Source: a virus (lineage: Duplodnaviria; Caudoviricetes). From it: a stretch of DNA of 64,000 nucleotides. Where the stretch lies: positions 37,484 through 101,483 of IMG/VR virus record IMGVR_UViG_3300014204_000006. One strand, written 5' to 3'. Position 1 is the first letter of the stretch. The number at the start of each line of letters is the position of its first letter. The notes under the pieces were generated by a model. That model saw only the letters and a program-made list of their open reading frames with translations, did not search any database and was not told the origin of the DNA. Of this stretch, positions 40,245-51,600 are shown one piece after another. Both the position numbers and the translations under genes were made by a program.

Positions 40245-40548
40245 ACGGTGGCCAGATTTTATAAAGAGGATGACCCAAAAGATGAAATAATAAACCTAAT
40301 TAAATAAAAATGGACAAAATAGATTTCTACATAGGAATAATACAACTTTGCTATATGATCCAATGGCTTGGACATTATCAAAAAAATGATGTAACAACAT
40401 CAGATATAATATTCGGAATGATTATAGGAACAGCAATCGCAATAAGATTATACTATTACTAAATTTTAATATCTAATAATTAACAAAAATTGCCTATGTA
40501 AAGAAAAAAACTATAACAAAGAAATTAATAAATATTAAAATTAACATC

Positions 40549-40800
40549 ATGCCACAAAACATTATGGACATCCTATTGGAAGACGCTAAGAAAAACAAAC
40601 TTGCTTGCTCACTGATCAAATTCGAAGAAGATAAGCAAAGAACAGCAGAAGAGAATCTACTAAGAAAATTTCAATTGATTGATGAAAAGGGAGAATATAC
40701 AGAAGTAGCTTATGAGCTTGTGATGAAAAAGCTTCTTAGAGCCAATAGAAAATATCTTGTTGATGTCGCCAAAGAATACGAAACACTAAACAATAAATAA
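40549..40800 (+). CDS. Hypothetical early protein
   Basis: ORF in operon. Confidence 0.5.
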   Translation: MPQNIMDILLEDAKKNKLACSLIKFEEDKQRTAEENLLRKFQLIDEKGEYTEVAYELVMKKLLRANRKYLVDVAKEYETLNNK

Positions 40801-40806
40801 AAAAAG

Positions 40807-41607
40807 ATGAAAACACTAAAAGCAAGAAAAATATATTCTTCAACAAAATATGGTACTTTCAAGAACTTCAAGAAAGAAGTATGGGGGATTTTCAAAAAGC
40901 TTAAAGGAAATAGAGAAGTAGTATTTGATGACAAATACAGAAAACTATTGAAAAACACCTCAGAAAAAGGAGAAATGCTAGGAACAGGGAAAGTAAACGA
41001 AAAAATGGAAGTAATCGATGGACAAAACAGGCTGGCTATATGCATGCAACTGAGAATTCCTTTCTATTTCGAAATGGAAAAAGGAGCAACAATAAAAGAC
41101 GCACAAAAAATGAATTCCAATACAAAAGCATGGACATTCCTGGATTATGCAAAAAGTTATGCCAATGAAGGGAACAAACACTATAGAGAATATCTAAGAT
41201 TAAGAAAGAAATTCCCTAAAATCAGGCATAGTGTTTTAAAACTATTCATAGCAAAAGGAGATGCGCAAAACACACAAAAATGGAATGAAGGTCTTTTTGA
41301 ATTAAGCATAACGAATGATTACAATAATGAAGATATCTGCAAGAAATTCGAAGAAATTAGATCATTCTTTGGAGCAGGAAGAGACCAAGATTTTGGAAAA
41401 GCTTTCAAAATAGCCTACAAAAATCCAGCATATGACCATAGCAGAATGGTTAATGGAGCCCAAAGATATATTAACAAACATACACAGATAACAGGTGGTC
41501 TGATGAGAATAAGCGGAGATTTAGGATCAAATTGCGATCTGATGACAGCAATGTTCAATTTTGGAAAAAGGCCAAAAAACAGAGTAACACTAGCAAGAAC
41601 TTATTAA
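40807..41607 (+). CDS. ParB/Srx-like N-terminal domain protein
   Basis: GNR.V, VNEKMEVIDGQNRL, MN...KAW...DY motifs. Confidence 0.7.
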   Translation: MKTLKARKIYSSTKYGTFKNFKKEVWGIFKKLKGNREVVFDDKYRKLLKNTSEKGEMLGTGKVNEKMEVIDGQNRLAICMQLRIPFYFEMEKGATIKDAQKMNSNTKAWTFLDYAKSYANEGNKHYREYLRLRKKFPKIRHSVLKLFIAKGDAQNTQKWNEGLFELSITNDYNNEDICKKFEEIRSFFGAGRDQDFGKAFKIAYKNPAYDHSRMVNGAQRYINKHTQITGGLMRISGDLGSNCDLMTAMFNFGKRPKNRVTLARTY

Positions 41608-41647
41608 TAAATAAATTGTTTGGTGGGTGAACAAACACACAAACAAA

Positions 41648-42184
41648 ATGGACGTTAAAACAAAAATTAAAGCGACAAAAGAACAAATGATACTATCAAA
41701 TATCATCAAAAAGAAAACAACATGCCAAAAACATGGTTACACATTAGTTTGCAGCCTCATAGGATTAGGAATGATAGTCTCAGGAGTCTGGACTAATGTA
41801 TACAAAGAAACAAAAACATACATAAGTACGCCAAATGCTCCAGTCGTTATCATAATAGACCGAGCTGAAGCAAGCACAGAAAAGACAATTAAAAATTTGG
41901 ATGATGAACAAGTCTCAGATGTAATGGTAACAGCAGATTATATCTGGATGAAAGAAAGTACAAGAGGACAGAATAACTATTCCAAATGTGAAGAAAAAGG
42001 CTTAATAAACGGAACAGGATATGCAATACCAGGAGATGGGACATATGTATGCTTCAACAACCATGCAGAGGAAATGGCCACAGTGATAGAATGGATTAAA
42101 AAACATCAGGATGAAGGAATGACCAACTTACAACTTCTTTGCCATTATTCAGGAAACAATTATAAAGAATGCAAACCTGAATAA
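41648..42184 (+). CDS. Membrane-anchored protein, possible lysozyme-like fold
   Basis: TM segment, then IW.KES..G motif reminiscent of a transglycosylase catalytic Glu-Ser. Confidence 0.4.
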   Translation: MDVKTKIKATKEQMILSNIIKKKTTCQKHGYTLVCSLIGLGMIVSGVWTNVYKETKTYISTPNAPVVIIIDRAEASTEKTIKNLDDEQVSDVMVTADYIWMKESTRGQNNYSKCEEKGLINGTGYAIPGDGTYVCFNNHAEEMATVIEWIKKHQDEGMTNLQLLCHYSGNNYKECKPE

Positions 42185-42250
42185 TATTAACACAATAGGG
42201 ATAGATTATGAGTCTATCCCTATTTTATTTAAACAAATTAAAATAATAAG

Positions 42251-42697
42251 ATGAAAGTATCAACACAACTGCAAATTAATACAGCAAGAGAATTGCTAGA
42301 AGGAGAATTAAGAGAAACAAGGAAGAAATACATGGAAAACGAACTGAAGAAAGTAAAGATTAAATTTAAAAAAGACATTGAAGAATATAAGAAAGAATTG
42401 ATAAAAGAAAAAAAGCAAAAAGAACTAATAAAAAGAATAAAAAAACGATTGAGCAAAAAAGTAGGAGAAGGAATCATAATAGACAACATTCCATCATGTA
42501 AATATGGAAATCCAACAGAAAAAGAAATAAAGAAAGCAGACATTCTAGAAGTGGCTTATAGCACAGAGGAAAGAGACTCAAAAGAAATAAAAGAAGCCAA
42601 AGAAACAATTAACAAGTTTATCCTAGAGCTAAAACTAGGAACAGCATTGATGGAAGATATGAATAAACTTGTAGAAATAATAAAAAAGATTAAATAA
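42251..42697 (+). CDS. Hypothetical coiled-coil protein
   Basis: ORF in operon. Confidence 0.5.
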   Translation: MKVSTQLQINTARELLEGELRETRKKYMENELKKVKIKFKKDIEEYKKELIKEKKQKELIKRIKKRLSKKVGEGIIIDNIPSCKYGNPTEKEIKKADILEVAYSTEERDSKEIKEAKETINKFILELKLGTALMEDMNKLVEIIKKIK

Positions 42698-42853
42698 TAA
42701 TTAAAAACTAGAAAACGAGGTGATAAATATGAGAAAGACAATTAAAAAAGCAGTAACAGCAAAAAAACCAGTTACAAAAAAGAAAACTCCAGCTAAAAAG
42801 AAATAGTTTGATCATTTGGGACATATATTATTATGTCTCAAAATAATTAAATT

Positions 42854-43204
42854 ATGACAGAAAAACATATGGGAAATTTAAAAAAAGCGAGAAAAGCGTT
42901 AAAACAGAATAAAAACAAAGAACACGCAGAAAAATATAAAGTAAAGGTCGAACAAATGAAAAATAACAAAGGAAATATTGTTATGAATCATTTTATAATA
43001 TACGTAAATAATGGAATATTTTTTCAAAGTTATGACTCAATAATAGCATTTAAATCTAATGAAGGAAAAATATTCCTTGATGAAAATGATTGGAATTATT
43101 CAAGAACAACAGGGAAATATAGGAATAATTTTTTAAACGAAGGAATAGAAGAAACAAGAGACAAAATAAAAAAAGGAATATATAATTTAACAAACCTTAA
43201 TTAA
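42854..43204 (+). CDS. Conserved phage protein
   Basis: FQSY.SIIA...LD...W.YSRTTGKYRN.FL motif. Confidence 0.65.
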   Translation: MTEKHMGNLKKARKALKQNKNKEHAEKYKVKVEQMKNNKGNIVMNHFIIYVNNGIFFQSYDSIIAFKSNEGKIFLDENDWNYSRTTGKYRNNFLNEGIEETRDKIKKGIYNLTNLN

Positions 43205-43322
43205 ACAATATGAAAAAACAATTCGACATGTACAAAATAGAAATCATACCAAAATATGATGAATACAAGTATAGAATAATAAGAATATCACAACCAAGGA
43301 TAATTAATCTAAAAAAACAATC

Positions 43323-45590
43323 GTGATTACACTACAAAAAGATTTTACAAAAAAGCAAAAAAAATTAGCAGATGAATTATATGAAGAGTTGCTAGAATGT
43401 TCACATAATCTTGAAGAATTTTCTACAGTTTCAGTATATGGGCTAGAAACAAGAAAAGATAAGTTCGGAGATATAGAAACAAACATCATATTCAGTATAA
43501 ATTATGGAGACCCAGAAGAGAATGGTAAAATAACTATATGTAATAATTATTAAAATAAGATAATATGGAAAAATATTATGTGTTATATGTGACATCCGAT
43601 GGAGATAATTCTATAGAGGTGTTAGATAAATATGCCCTTGAAAAGGCTCTAGATAATGAAGAATGGGGAAAAGATATTTTAATCGCAGATGATCCAATGG
43701 ATTTGGACACATTTAGGGGATTAATAATTATAAAAGGAGAAATAGTTTGTCCAAAAAAAATAGCAACTAAAATAAGTTATAAAATAAAATAATATGAAAT
43801 TCAACAAAAAACAAATAAGAGCAATAGAGAATCTCATTTATGACTTGGATGAGTTAGATAATAAACCGAGAAGATTATATGGAGCATTAAGAGATTTGGC
43901 TAAAGTAACTATAGAAGATAAGGAACAATTGATAGAAATATTGAGCAGTTTAGACGAGGCTGAAAGATATCAATACTTCTTTATGAATTTGCCAGATATA
44001 GCAGAAGATATATTCGAACAAAAAATGAGAACCGAAAGAGAACTGTTACACAGAAAAGAAGAAGATAAAAAAACAGAAGCTGAAGCATACGAATACAAAA
44101 AAGGAGTAGGAGATGCAACGAAATCATACAGTAAAAAGATGCTGGAATCATTAATTAATTATTATAATTAAAAAATATGGAATTCAAAAACGGAGACAAA
44201 GTAACATGTAAAATAAAAGAGTTTCACATAGATGATGCAATGATAGTTATAGAAAATGGAATAAATTATGTATGTCAAGATAAAGTAAACGGAGGAAGGC
44301 CACGTGATACAAAGGGATATGAATACGGATGGCAATTAACAGATAGTTTTGAAGCAGATGGATTATCAGATCTAAAAAAAGTAGAAGATAATGGATATAG
44401 AAGATTAACAATTGAAAAAAAACAAAATAAAAACTTCTAAATTATTACTATTCATACTATTAATAATGATAGTGAATGAATTGATACTAACAATAAAAAC
44501 ATATAAACAAGAAAAATATATAGAAAGTCTACAACAAATATCAATAATAATGGCAGAAGAAATAATAAAAATAAAAGAAGAACAATTAAACATTAATAAC
44601 CAAAAAAATGCCAATAACACTAACAGCAATAGTAATGACATATTTCTATTGCACAATGAACGATCAAGAATTAAACAAGAAATCTAATTACAATTGCCTA
44701 TCAAACGCAGGAAACGTATTGATAATAGAAAAGAACAACACAATTAATTTCATGATAGAACCATAAATTATGAAAAAAATAGAAATAGAAATAGAAGAAG
44801 AAAAAAGAAATGGAGAATATGACAATAAAATAACAGGACAATGCTACATATGCAAAAAACCAATACCAAAAACATTAAAATGGTATATGATATATGGAAA
44901 TGCATGCATAAAATGCCTAACAACAATTAATAAAAGATTAAAAGAAAAAAAATATGAACAACAATAACCAAAAAAAATACATAATAATAAAAGAAAGCCT
45001 AATAGAATCAGTACTAATGGACATTTTCACCTTTGGAGGAATACTATTAATAATAGGAATAAACCATTATAAATTAGATGACAGCTTTTTTGGAGGTTTT
45101 TGGATGTCGTTTATATTACTAACATGGATATTAGCAAAAACAAGAGGAAAAATGATAAAAGTAAGCGGTAAAAAAGGACTAATAAATTTTATAATAAAAA
45201 CTTATGGAAAGATTTAAAAAAGGGGATTTAGTAGAAGCAATAGATTACTGCTCAGGAGCATCTCAAGGAGATAGATCGATATTAACAATGAACAGAGGAG
45301 GAGAGTTAAGCATGAAAAATAAAGAAGGAGAGTGGACATGCTCATGCCCAGATAATTGGAAATTAATTAAAACAACAAACAAACCTATGGGAAATTTAGC
45401 AGCAGCCGCAAAAGCTTTAAAAAGAAACGCACCTAAAACTTTTTGGGAAGCAAAAATGGAAATAAAAATGAGAGTTAATGCATCAGATGAAGAAGAAGCA
45501 TTGGAACTAGCACAAGAAGAATTAAAAGCAGGGCTAGTAAAAGAATTAAATACAAAAGATATAAAACAAATATCAGCAATAGAATTATAA
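43323..45590 (+). other. Run of small hypothetical early genes (43323, 43565, 43794, 44177, 44412, 44770, 44954, 45204)
   Basis: Tightly packed co-directional ORFs with the same A-ending codon bias. Confidence 0.55.
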
Positions 45591-45604
45591 TTAAAGAAAA
45601 CGAA

Positions 45605-45961
45605 ATGAAAAGCAATATACTAAAAGCGAAAGAAGCATTAGAAAAAAAGGATTTGGAAAATACAAAACTACAAGAAGAAATTACATACCGTAATATACCA
45701 CCGATCTATCCACCACCAGGATATAGGCAACCGCAACAATCAGTTAGGCAACAATATGAAACAATAAATGACAAAAGACAAGAGCTATGTAAACTTCTTA
45801 AAAAAGAAAGAGTAACACAAGGAATGACACAAAGAGACCTAGCAAAAAAATCAGGAATGTCACAAGGAACAATAACAAGGGCGGAGGTTCATGGATGGAT
45901 ATCAATAACATGTCTACTAACAATAGCAGAAGCACTAGGTAAAAAAATAACATTAATATAA
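45605..45961 (+). CDS. XRE-family HTH protein
   Basis: LKKER...GMTQRDLAKKSGMSQGTITRAE...L..IAEALG. Confidence 0.85.
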   Translation: MKSNILKAKEALEKKDLENTKLQEEITYRNIPPIYPPPGYRQPQQSVRQQYETINDKRQELCKLLKKERVTQGMTQRDLAKKSGMSQGTITRAEVHGWISITCLLTIAEALGKKITLI

Positions 45962-45965
45962 TTAT

Positions 45966-46397
45966 ATGGGAATAAGAGACATAACAATGGGATCAGAAAA
46001 AGAAGAAAAAAAAGAAAAATATAAAAGCAATTTATTTGATGATGAACCAACTTGGTGGAACAAACCTAAAAAATATAAGAAAAACGAATATGAACCGACA
46101 AAAGAGGAAATAGAAAGAGATGAAAAAGAATCATTCAATATAAGCGGATATGAAAAAAAGAGACAAAATCAAATAGTGATAACAATGATAGTAAAGGAAG
46201 AACAGATAGAAGATGTAATGGATCAATACTGGACAGATGCAAATTGGCAACCGGTAGAAGATGCAGTGATAAAAATAGCATATGACAGATTAAAAGAATT
46301 ACTAACACAAGATTTTGAATCAAAATACAACACAATATTCGTAGCAGACGAATGCTATGGATCAGTAGAAGTAATAATTACATTAGAAAAAATATGA
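45966..46397 (+). CDS. Hypothetical protein
   Basis: ORF overlapping the rtcB start. Confidence 0.5.
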   Translation: MGIRDITMGSEKEEKKEKYKSNLFDDEPTWWNKPKKYKKNEYEPTKEEIERDEKESFNISGYEKKRQNQIVITMIVKEEQIEDVMDQYWTDANWQPVEDAVIKIAYDRLKELLTQDFESKYNTIFVADECYGSVEVIITLEKI

Positions 46398-47656
46398 ACA
46401 TAATATCAACAGAAAAAATACCAATTAAGATGTGGTTAAATAGTATAGAATTAGGAGCTGAAGAACAAGCAAAAAATCTTGCTAATCTGCCTTTTGCTTT
46501 TAAGCACATAGCAATAATGCCAGATAGTCATCAAGGGTATGGAATGCCAATCGGTGCTGTTTTAGCGACAAAAGACGTAGTTATCCCGAATGCAGTTGGC
46601 GTGGATATTGGGTGCGGCGTTATAGCTGTTAAAACATCATTGACTGACATTGATAAGGAAACGCTGAAAAAGATAATGGGAGAAATCAGAAAACAAATCC
46701 CAGTTGGATTCAATAAGCATAAGAAACCACAAGATGAAAAATTGATGCCAGATTATAGCGCAGTAAAAGCATCTGTTGATAGTGGATATGCTATAGATAA
46801 TAGAAATGCTTATATCAAACAATCAATGGAAGAAGGTATATTAGAGGTAGTTGCTATGGAATATGATAATGCTTTAAAGTCATTAGGAACTCTAGGAGGA
46901 GGAAATCACTTCATAGAAATTCAAAAAGGAAGTGATGGTCATATATGGATAATGATTCACTCTGGTTCACGTAACCTAGGAAAACAAGTGGCTGACCATT
47001 ACAACAAAATAGCAGTTAAACTAAATGAAAAATGGCACAGTTCAGTTCCAAAAGAATGGCAATTAGCATTTTTACCTTTAGAGTCAGAAGAAGGACATAG
47101 TTATATAAGAGAGATGGAATATTGTGTTAGTTTTGCTTTAGAAAACAGAAAGTTAATGATGGATAGGGTAATGTTTGCTATATCAGATGTTCTTGAGGAA
47201 GAAATTGAAAAGGGAAGAATGAAGAATTGGTTTCACTTTGATGCTCCTATAAATATAGCTCATAACTATGCAAGAATGGAGAATCATTTTGGACACAACG
47301 TAATGATACATAGAAAAGGAGCTACTTCAGCAAAGAAAGGAGAATTAGGAATAATCCCAGGCAGTCAAGGGACTAAAAGCTACATTGTAGAAGGATTAGG
47401 AGAAAGAGAAAGTTTTGAATCTTGTTCTCACGGAGCTGGTAGAAAAATGGGTAGAAAAGAAGCTCAAAAAAGACTAAATCTAGAAGAAGAGATAAAAATA
47501 CTAGATGACCAAGGGATCATTCATGGTATTAGAACAGAAAAAGATTTAGATGAAGCATCAGGAAGTTACAAAGATATTGACAAAGTAATGGAAAACCAAA
47601 AAGACCTAGTGAAAATAGTTGTAGAACTTTCACCACTGGCTGTTATAAAAGGATGA
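46394..47656 (+). CDS. rtcB: RtcB RNA 3'-phosphate/5'-OH ligase
   Basis: MPD.H.GYGMPIG, VGVDIGCG, LGTLGGGNHFIE, HSGSR, HNY, HRKGAT, SHGAGR, DEA..SYKDI motifs. Confidence 0.97.
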   Translation: MNIISTEKIPIKMWLNSIELGAEEQAKNLANLPFAFKHIAIMPDSHQGYGMPIGAVLATKDVVIPNAVGVDIGCGVIAVKTSLTDIDKETLKKIMGEIRKQIPVGFNKHKKPQDEKLMPDYSAVKASVDSGYAIDNRNAYIKQSMEEGILEVVAMEYDNALKSLGTLGGGNHFIEIQKGSDGHIWIMIHSGSRNLGKQVADHYNKIAVKLNEKWHSSVPKEWQLAFLPLESEEGHSYIREMEYCVSFALENRKLMMDRVMFAISDVLEEEIEKGRMKNWFHFDAPINIAHNYARMENHFGHNVMIHRKGATSAKKGELGIIPGSQGTKSYIVEGLGERESFESCSHGAGRKMGRKEAQKRLNLEEEIKILDDQGIIHGIRTEKDLDEASGSYKDIDKVMENQKDLVKIVVELSPLAVIKG

Positions 47657-47700
47657 TATAAAACATAAAAATCTAAACAATAAATTAAATTAAAAACACT

Positions 47701-48975
47701 ATGAAAGCAAAAAACACGATAAAGATTGAAAAAATAGAATTAGAATTAAATGATGGACTGAACAAATATGTGCCACAAAACGGAGGAAAATTTATTGATC
47801 ACGGAAACATCATGAAAACATTGGCAATAGCAGTCAGAGATAATCTACCAACACTATTGATCGGAGAATCAGGAACAGGAAAAACATCAGCCATTAGGTT
47901 TTTAGCAGCAGAAACTAAAAACGGATTGAGAAGAGTAAACCTGAACGGAGGAACAACAGCAGATGAACTAGTAGGAAGACTATTGATTAATGACAAAGGA
48001 ACATATTGGGTAGATGGAGTTTTAACAGAAGCAATGAGAAATGGAGAATGGATCGTGTTAGACGAAATAAATGCAGCATTACCAGAAGTTCTATTTGTAT
48101 TGCAATCAGTAATGGATGATGACGGATACTTGGTACTAACAGAAAAAGATGACAAAGAAATAGTAAAAAGACACAAGAACTTCAGAATTTTTGCTACTTG
48201 CAACCCGCCAGAATACGCAGGAACAAAAGAAATGAACCAAGCATTACTATCAAGATTTGCTATTTGCATAAGCGCAGAATTTCCAGAATCAAAGAAAGAA
48301 TTAGAAATTATTGAAAATCACCTAGGAAATACAATAGCACAATCAGAAATGGCAGTAAAACTAGTAGGATTAGCAGGAGAAACAAGACAAGCAAAAGAAA
48401 ACGGAACAGCAGATTATGCAATCAACACAAGAGATGTTTTAAACACATTAAGATTAGCAGAAATGATGAGCCCGATGGAAGCATTAAGTCTAGCATTCGC
48501 AAACAAACTAGAGATATCAGACAATAAGGCATTAAAATTAATGGCAAAATTACACCTACCATCAAGTATAAGAAAAGCGAATGCTAAAAGAACAAAAATA
48601 ACAACAGAAGAAGAACTACAAATAGGGAAGACATATGTAATGGATGGAGATGCACAAGGAACATATTTAGCAGTAACAAAAGAAGATACAACACTTGAAA
48701 AAACAATCGAAAAAGATTTAGGATCAGTAATAAGTATGATTGGAGACACAAGAGAAAATGCAATAAAAGGAGACGAATTCACAATAGAAGCAACATATTA
48801 CGCAGAAGAAGAAAACGGAGCATCAAAAGTAGAAAAAACAGGATTAGGATCAAAAGCAGCAAGCGCAATAAATATAGTAGCAGGACCTAATAAGGGAAAA
48901 TATGCAATAATCCTACATCACGTACTTCTAGGAGACTCAATCGAAATAATTAAAAACATTTCAAAAATTGAATAA
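47701..48975 (+). CDS. MoxR/CbbQ-NirQ-like AAA+ ATPase
   Basis: GESGTGKT, WIVLDEIN, FRIFATCNP..YAGT.EMN.ALLSRF. Confidence 0.9.
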   Translation: MKAKNTIKIEKIELELNDGLNKYVPQNGGKFIDHGNIMKTLAIAVRDNLPTLLIGESGTGKTSAIRFLAAETKNGLRRVNLNGGTTADELVGRLLINDKGTYWVDGVLTEAMRNGEWIVLDEINAALPEVLFVLQSVMDDDGYLVLTEKDDKEIVKRHKNFRIFATCNPPEYAGTKEMNQALLSRFAICISAEFPESKKELEIIENHLGNTIAQSEMAVKLVGLAGETRQAKENGTADYAINTRDVLNTLRLAEMMSPMEALSLAFANKLEISDNKALKLMAKLHLPSSIRKANAKRTKITTEEELQIGKTYVMDGDAQGTYLAVTKEDTTLEKTIEKDLGSVISMIGDTRENAIKGDEFTIEATYYAEEENGASKVEKTGLGSKAASAINIVAGPNKGKYAIILHHVLLGDSIEIIKNISKIE

Positions 48976-48976
48976 T

Positions 48977-50458
48977 ATGAAACTAATAGAATTCAAAAAA
49001 GTAGCAGAAATGCTAGCAAAAGAATACAAAATATCAGTAGAAAGAGGAGATAGATGGGCAGCTAATATTAAGAAAAAAATAGTATTCTATGTGAAAAATG
49101 ATGTTAACAATTTACCCGAGGAACATATCCTCGGGTTCTTATTACATGAAACAGCACACATACACTATACGACAGATGTAAAACCACCAATGCACAATGC
49201 AGAATTACATCACACAACTTTAAACATGCTAGAAGACATATCAATAGAAAACATCATTGGAAAAGATTATCCAAACGCAGGAGAAATATTGGAATCAACA
49301 AAAGAAGAAGTATTGGATAAACTGATGCAAATATTACCAACACTGGAAGATATATCCTTGCATGAAAAAGCATTATTATACGCAGCAGCCAGATTTGAAG
49401 GAAGAGGGTATGCAAAAGGAACAACAAAATATGAAATAATAGGGAACAAAATAGCAGAAATAATGGAAAAAAACAGAACAAAAATATTAGAAAGAAAAGA
49501 AACAAAAGATCTGATTCCAATAGTAGATGAAATAATAAAGCTATTATTAAATGAGGCGGAACAGTTAACAAGATCAGAACTAGAAAAAATGCAACAAGAA
49601 CAAAAGCACGAAATGCAAGAAAATATAACGGGACAAAACGCTGCAAAAAAGAAAATAATAGAACAAATGAAATCAGGGACAGGATGGAAAGGAATGGAAA
49701 ATATGAATAATAAAATAGAATTTATAGACTCGATAGCAGATACAGCAAGAGAAATTGGAAAAAGATTAAGAACAGTTTTAAAAAGAAACAACGCAATGGA
49801 ATTCGGAGGAAGATACAGAACAGGAAAACTAATGGCTAAAAGAATAATAAGAATAAAAGCAAACAAAGACAGAAATCCATTTGCAAGAAGGATAATAAAA
49901 AGTAATCAAAGCTACGCATTCGCAGTAGCATCAGACATATCGGGATCAATGAACAATACAAGAAAAGAAGAGTCGAATATGAGTTATGCAATGACATCAT
50001 TATTTATGGTAGGAGAAGCATTAAGAATAGCAGGAATAAAAAGAAGCATGATAATCTTCGGAAGAAAGGCAGTAGAAATAAACAATATGGACAAAAAACA
50101 ACTGCGATGGGAAGAAATAACAAATGAAAAGAAAATAAGAAAAGCAAATGACTCATTCACAGATATAGGAGAAGCGATAGATAAATGCAGAGAAAAACTA
50201 GAGAATACAAAAGCAGAAAGGAAAATAATGATAGTATTGACAGATGGATCAAGCGGACAAATCAAAATGGAAAGAATGCATAAAATGGCGGTTAAAAAAG
50301 GAATAGAATGCATAGGAATAACAATAGGAAACTATGCTAATGCAATGGATGTAGTATTTGGAAAAAAGAACAAAACAATTGAAGATACAAGAGATGGAAA
50401 ACAAATAGGAAAAACATTTATAGAAATTCTAAAAGAATCGATAAAAAAATCAATATGA
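48977..50458 (+). CDS. vWA-domain protein with N-terminal HExxH (CobT-like partner)
   Basis: HETAH...NMLED; DISGSM MIDAS motif, T.IGEA, IVLTDG. Confidence 0.85.
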   Translation: MKLIEFKKVAEMLAKEYKISVERGDRWAANIKKKIVFYVKNDVNNLPEEHILGFLLHETAHIHYTTDVKPPMHNAELHHTTLNMLEDISIENIIGKDYPNAGEILESTKEEVLDKLMQILPTLEDISLHEKALLYAAARFEGRGYAKGTTKYEIIGNKIAEIMEKNRTKILERKETKDLIPIVDEIIKLLLNEAEQLTRSELEKMQQEQKHEMQENITGQNAAKKKIIEQMKSGTGWKGMENMNNKIEFIDSIADTAREIGKRLRTVLKRNNAMEFGGRYRTGKLMAKRIIRIKANKDRNPFARRIIKSNQSYAFAVASDISGSMNNTRKEESNMSYAMTSLFMVGEALRIAGIKRSMIIFGRKAVEINNMDKKQLRWEEITNEKKIRKANDSFTDIGEAIDKCREKLENTKAERKIMIVLTDGSSGQIKMERMHKMAVKKGIECIGITIGNYANAMDVVFGKKNKTIEDTRDGKQIGKTFIEILKESIKKSI

Positions 50459-50793
50459 AAAACATAGAAAAACTAGCGAAATATGTGACAAAAAATGGAG
50501 CAGAAGGAATGTTAATACACACAATACCAGGGACAGGAAACTGGATAATATGTCAAAAAATAGAACAAGACAAGTGGGTCCTTTCTTTAGAAAAACCACT
50601 AGGGAATATAACATATAATCTAGGAACAGTAACAACAGAAGAACATGTGCATTTATGGAAAGAAATTGCACAAATGACAATAGAAAAAGCATCACAAGCA
50701 AAACTAGCGAAAGAAGTAAAAGACAAAATTTACAACTTTGCAAAAAAACATCAAAAAGTATATCGAAACTTTTTGAAAATTAATAAATCTTAA
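50455..50793 (+). CDS. Hypothetical protein
   Basis: ORF overlapping the vWA gene stop. Confidence 0.5.
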   Translation: MKNIEKLAKYVTKNGAEGMLIHTIPGTGNWIICQKIEQDKWVLSLEKPLGNITYNLGTVTTEEHVHLWKEIAQMTIEKASQAKLAKEVKDKIYNFAKKHQKVYRNFLKINKS

Positions 50794-50845
50794 ATTAAAA
50801 TTAATATAACAAAATATCACACTTATAATTGATTAAAAAAACACT

Positions 50846-51295
50846 ATGCCAAACTGGTGCAACAATATACTCACAGTGAAAGGAGAAGAAGACGAGATAA
50901 AACACTTTGAATTAACTGCAAAAAAAGATGACCAAGAATTATCACTAGAAAAATTATATCCATGTCCAATACCGATTGAAAAAGAATCACCGGAAACAAA
51001 CATAGAAAAAATAGCGAACAAATTAGATTACAAAGCGGAAGATTGGTATGAATGGAACACAAATAATTGGGGAACAAAATGGGATATAAAAGATGCAACA
51101 ATGGATGGAAACGAATATGAATTAATATATACATTTGACACAGCATGGAGTCCACCAATTAAAGCAATAAAAAACTTCTCAGAAAACTTTCCAAGCCTAG
51201 TGTTTATATTAGAATATGATGAACCAGGAGGAGGTTTCAAAGGATTAGCAAAAATTAAAAATGGAAGTGTAGAAGATCACTGCATAGAATACTAA
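50846..51295 (+). CDS. Api92/YubB-like ferredoxin-fold protein
   Basis: MPNWC.N.L, WYEW...NWGTKWD, FDTAWSPP, Y.EPG motifs. Confidence 0.8.
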   Translation: MPNWCNNILTVKGEEDEIKHFELTAKKDDQELSLEKLYPCPIPIEKESPETNIEKIANKLDYKAEDWYEWNTNNWGTKWDIKDATMDGNEYELIYTFDTAWSPPIKAIKNFSENFPSLVFILEYDEPGGGFKGLAKIKNGSVEDHCIEY

Positions 51296-51299
51296 AAAT

Positions 51300-51328
51300 A
51301 AAGCCACCCTAACCAGGTGGCTTTTTTT
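51300..51328 (+). terminator. Intrinsic terminator between convergent operons
   Basis: AAAGCCACC-CTAACCA-GGTGGCTTTTTTT. Confidence 0.85.
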
Positions 51329-51398
51329 ATGACGAAAAATAACACTGCCTATGACAACCTGGGAAAGTGAGTTGAGAGTAGAAAGTTTTATAAATAAA

Positions 51399-51581
51399 TT
51401 AAATAACAGAAACAGGAATAACTGCGGAAAAAATATTCTTATTATTAATATTGTCAAAATGAGAAGAATATTTTATGTTGCATGCATGGACCTGATAACC
51501 GTCAGGCAGATTTTTTAAAAATTCATTTATTTCTACATCTAACAAACTAATATTATTTTCTGCGAAAGTTCTTACAAACAT
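51399..51581 (-). CDS. Small hypothetical protein
   Basis: ORF after the helicase gene. Confidence 0.45.
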   Translation of the reverse strand: MFVRTFAENNISLLDVEINEFLKNLPDGYQVHACNIKYSSHFDNINNKNIFSAVIPVSVI

Positions 51582-51600
51582 ATTTTTTAAATTAAATTAA

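Noticed and set aside
47799-50743. Long minus-strand Phe/Leu/Ser/Ile-rich ORFs
   Set aside because: Antisense artefacts of the A-rich coding strand.
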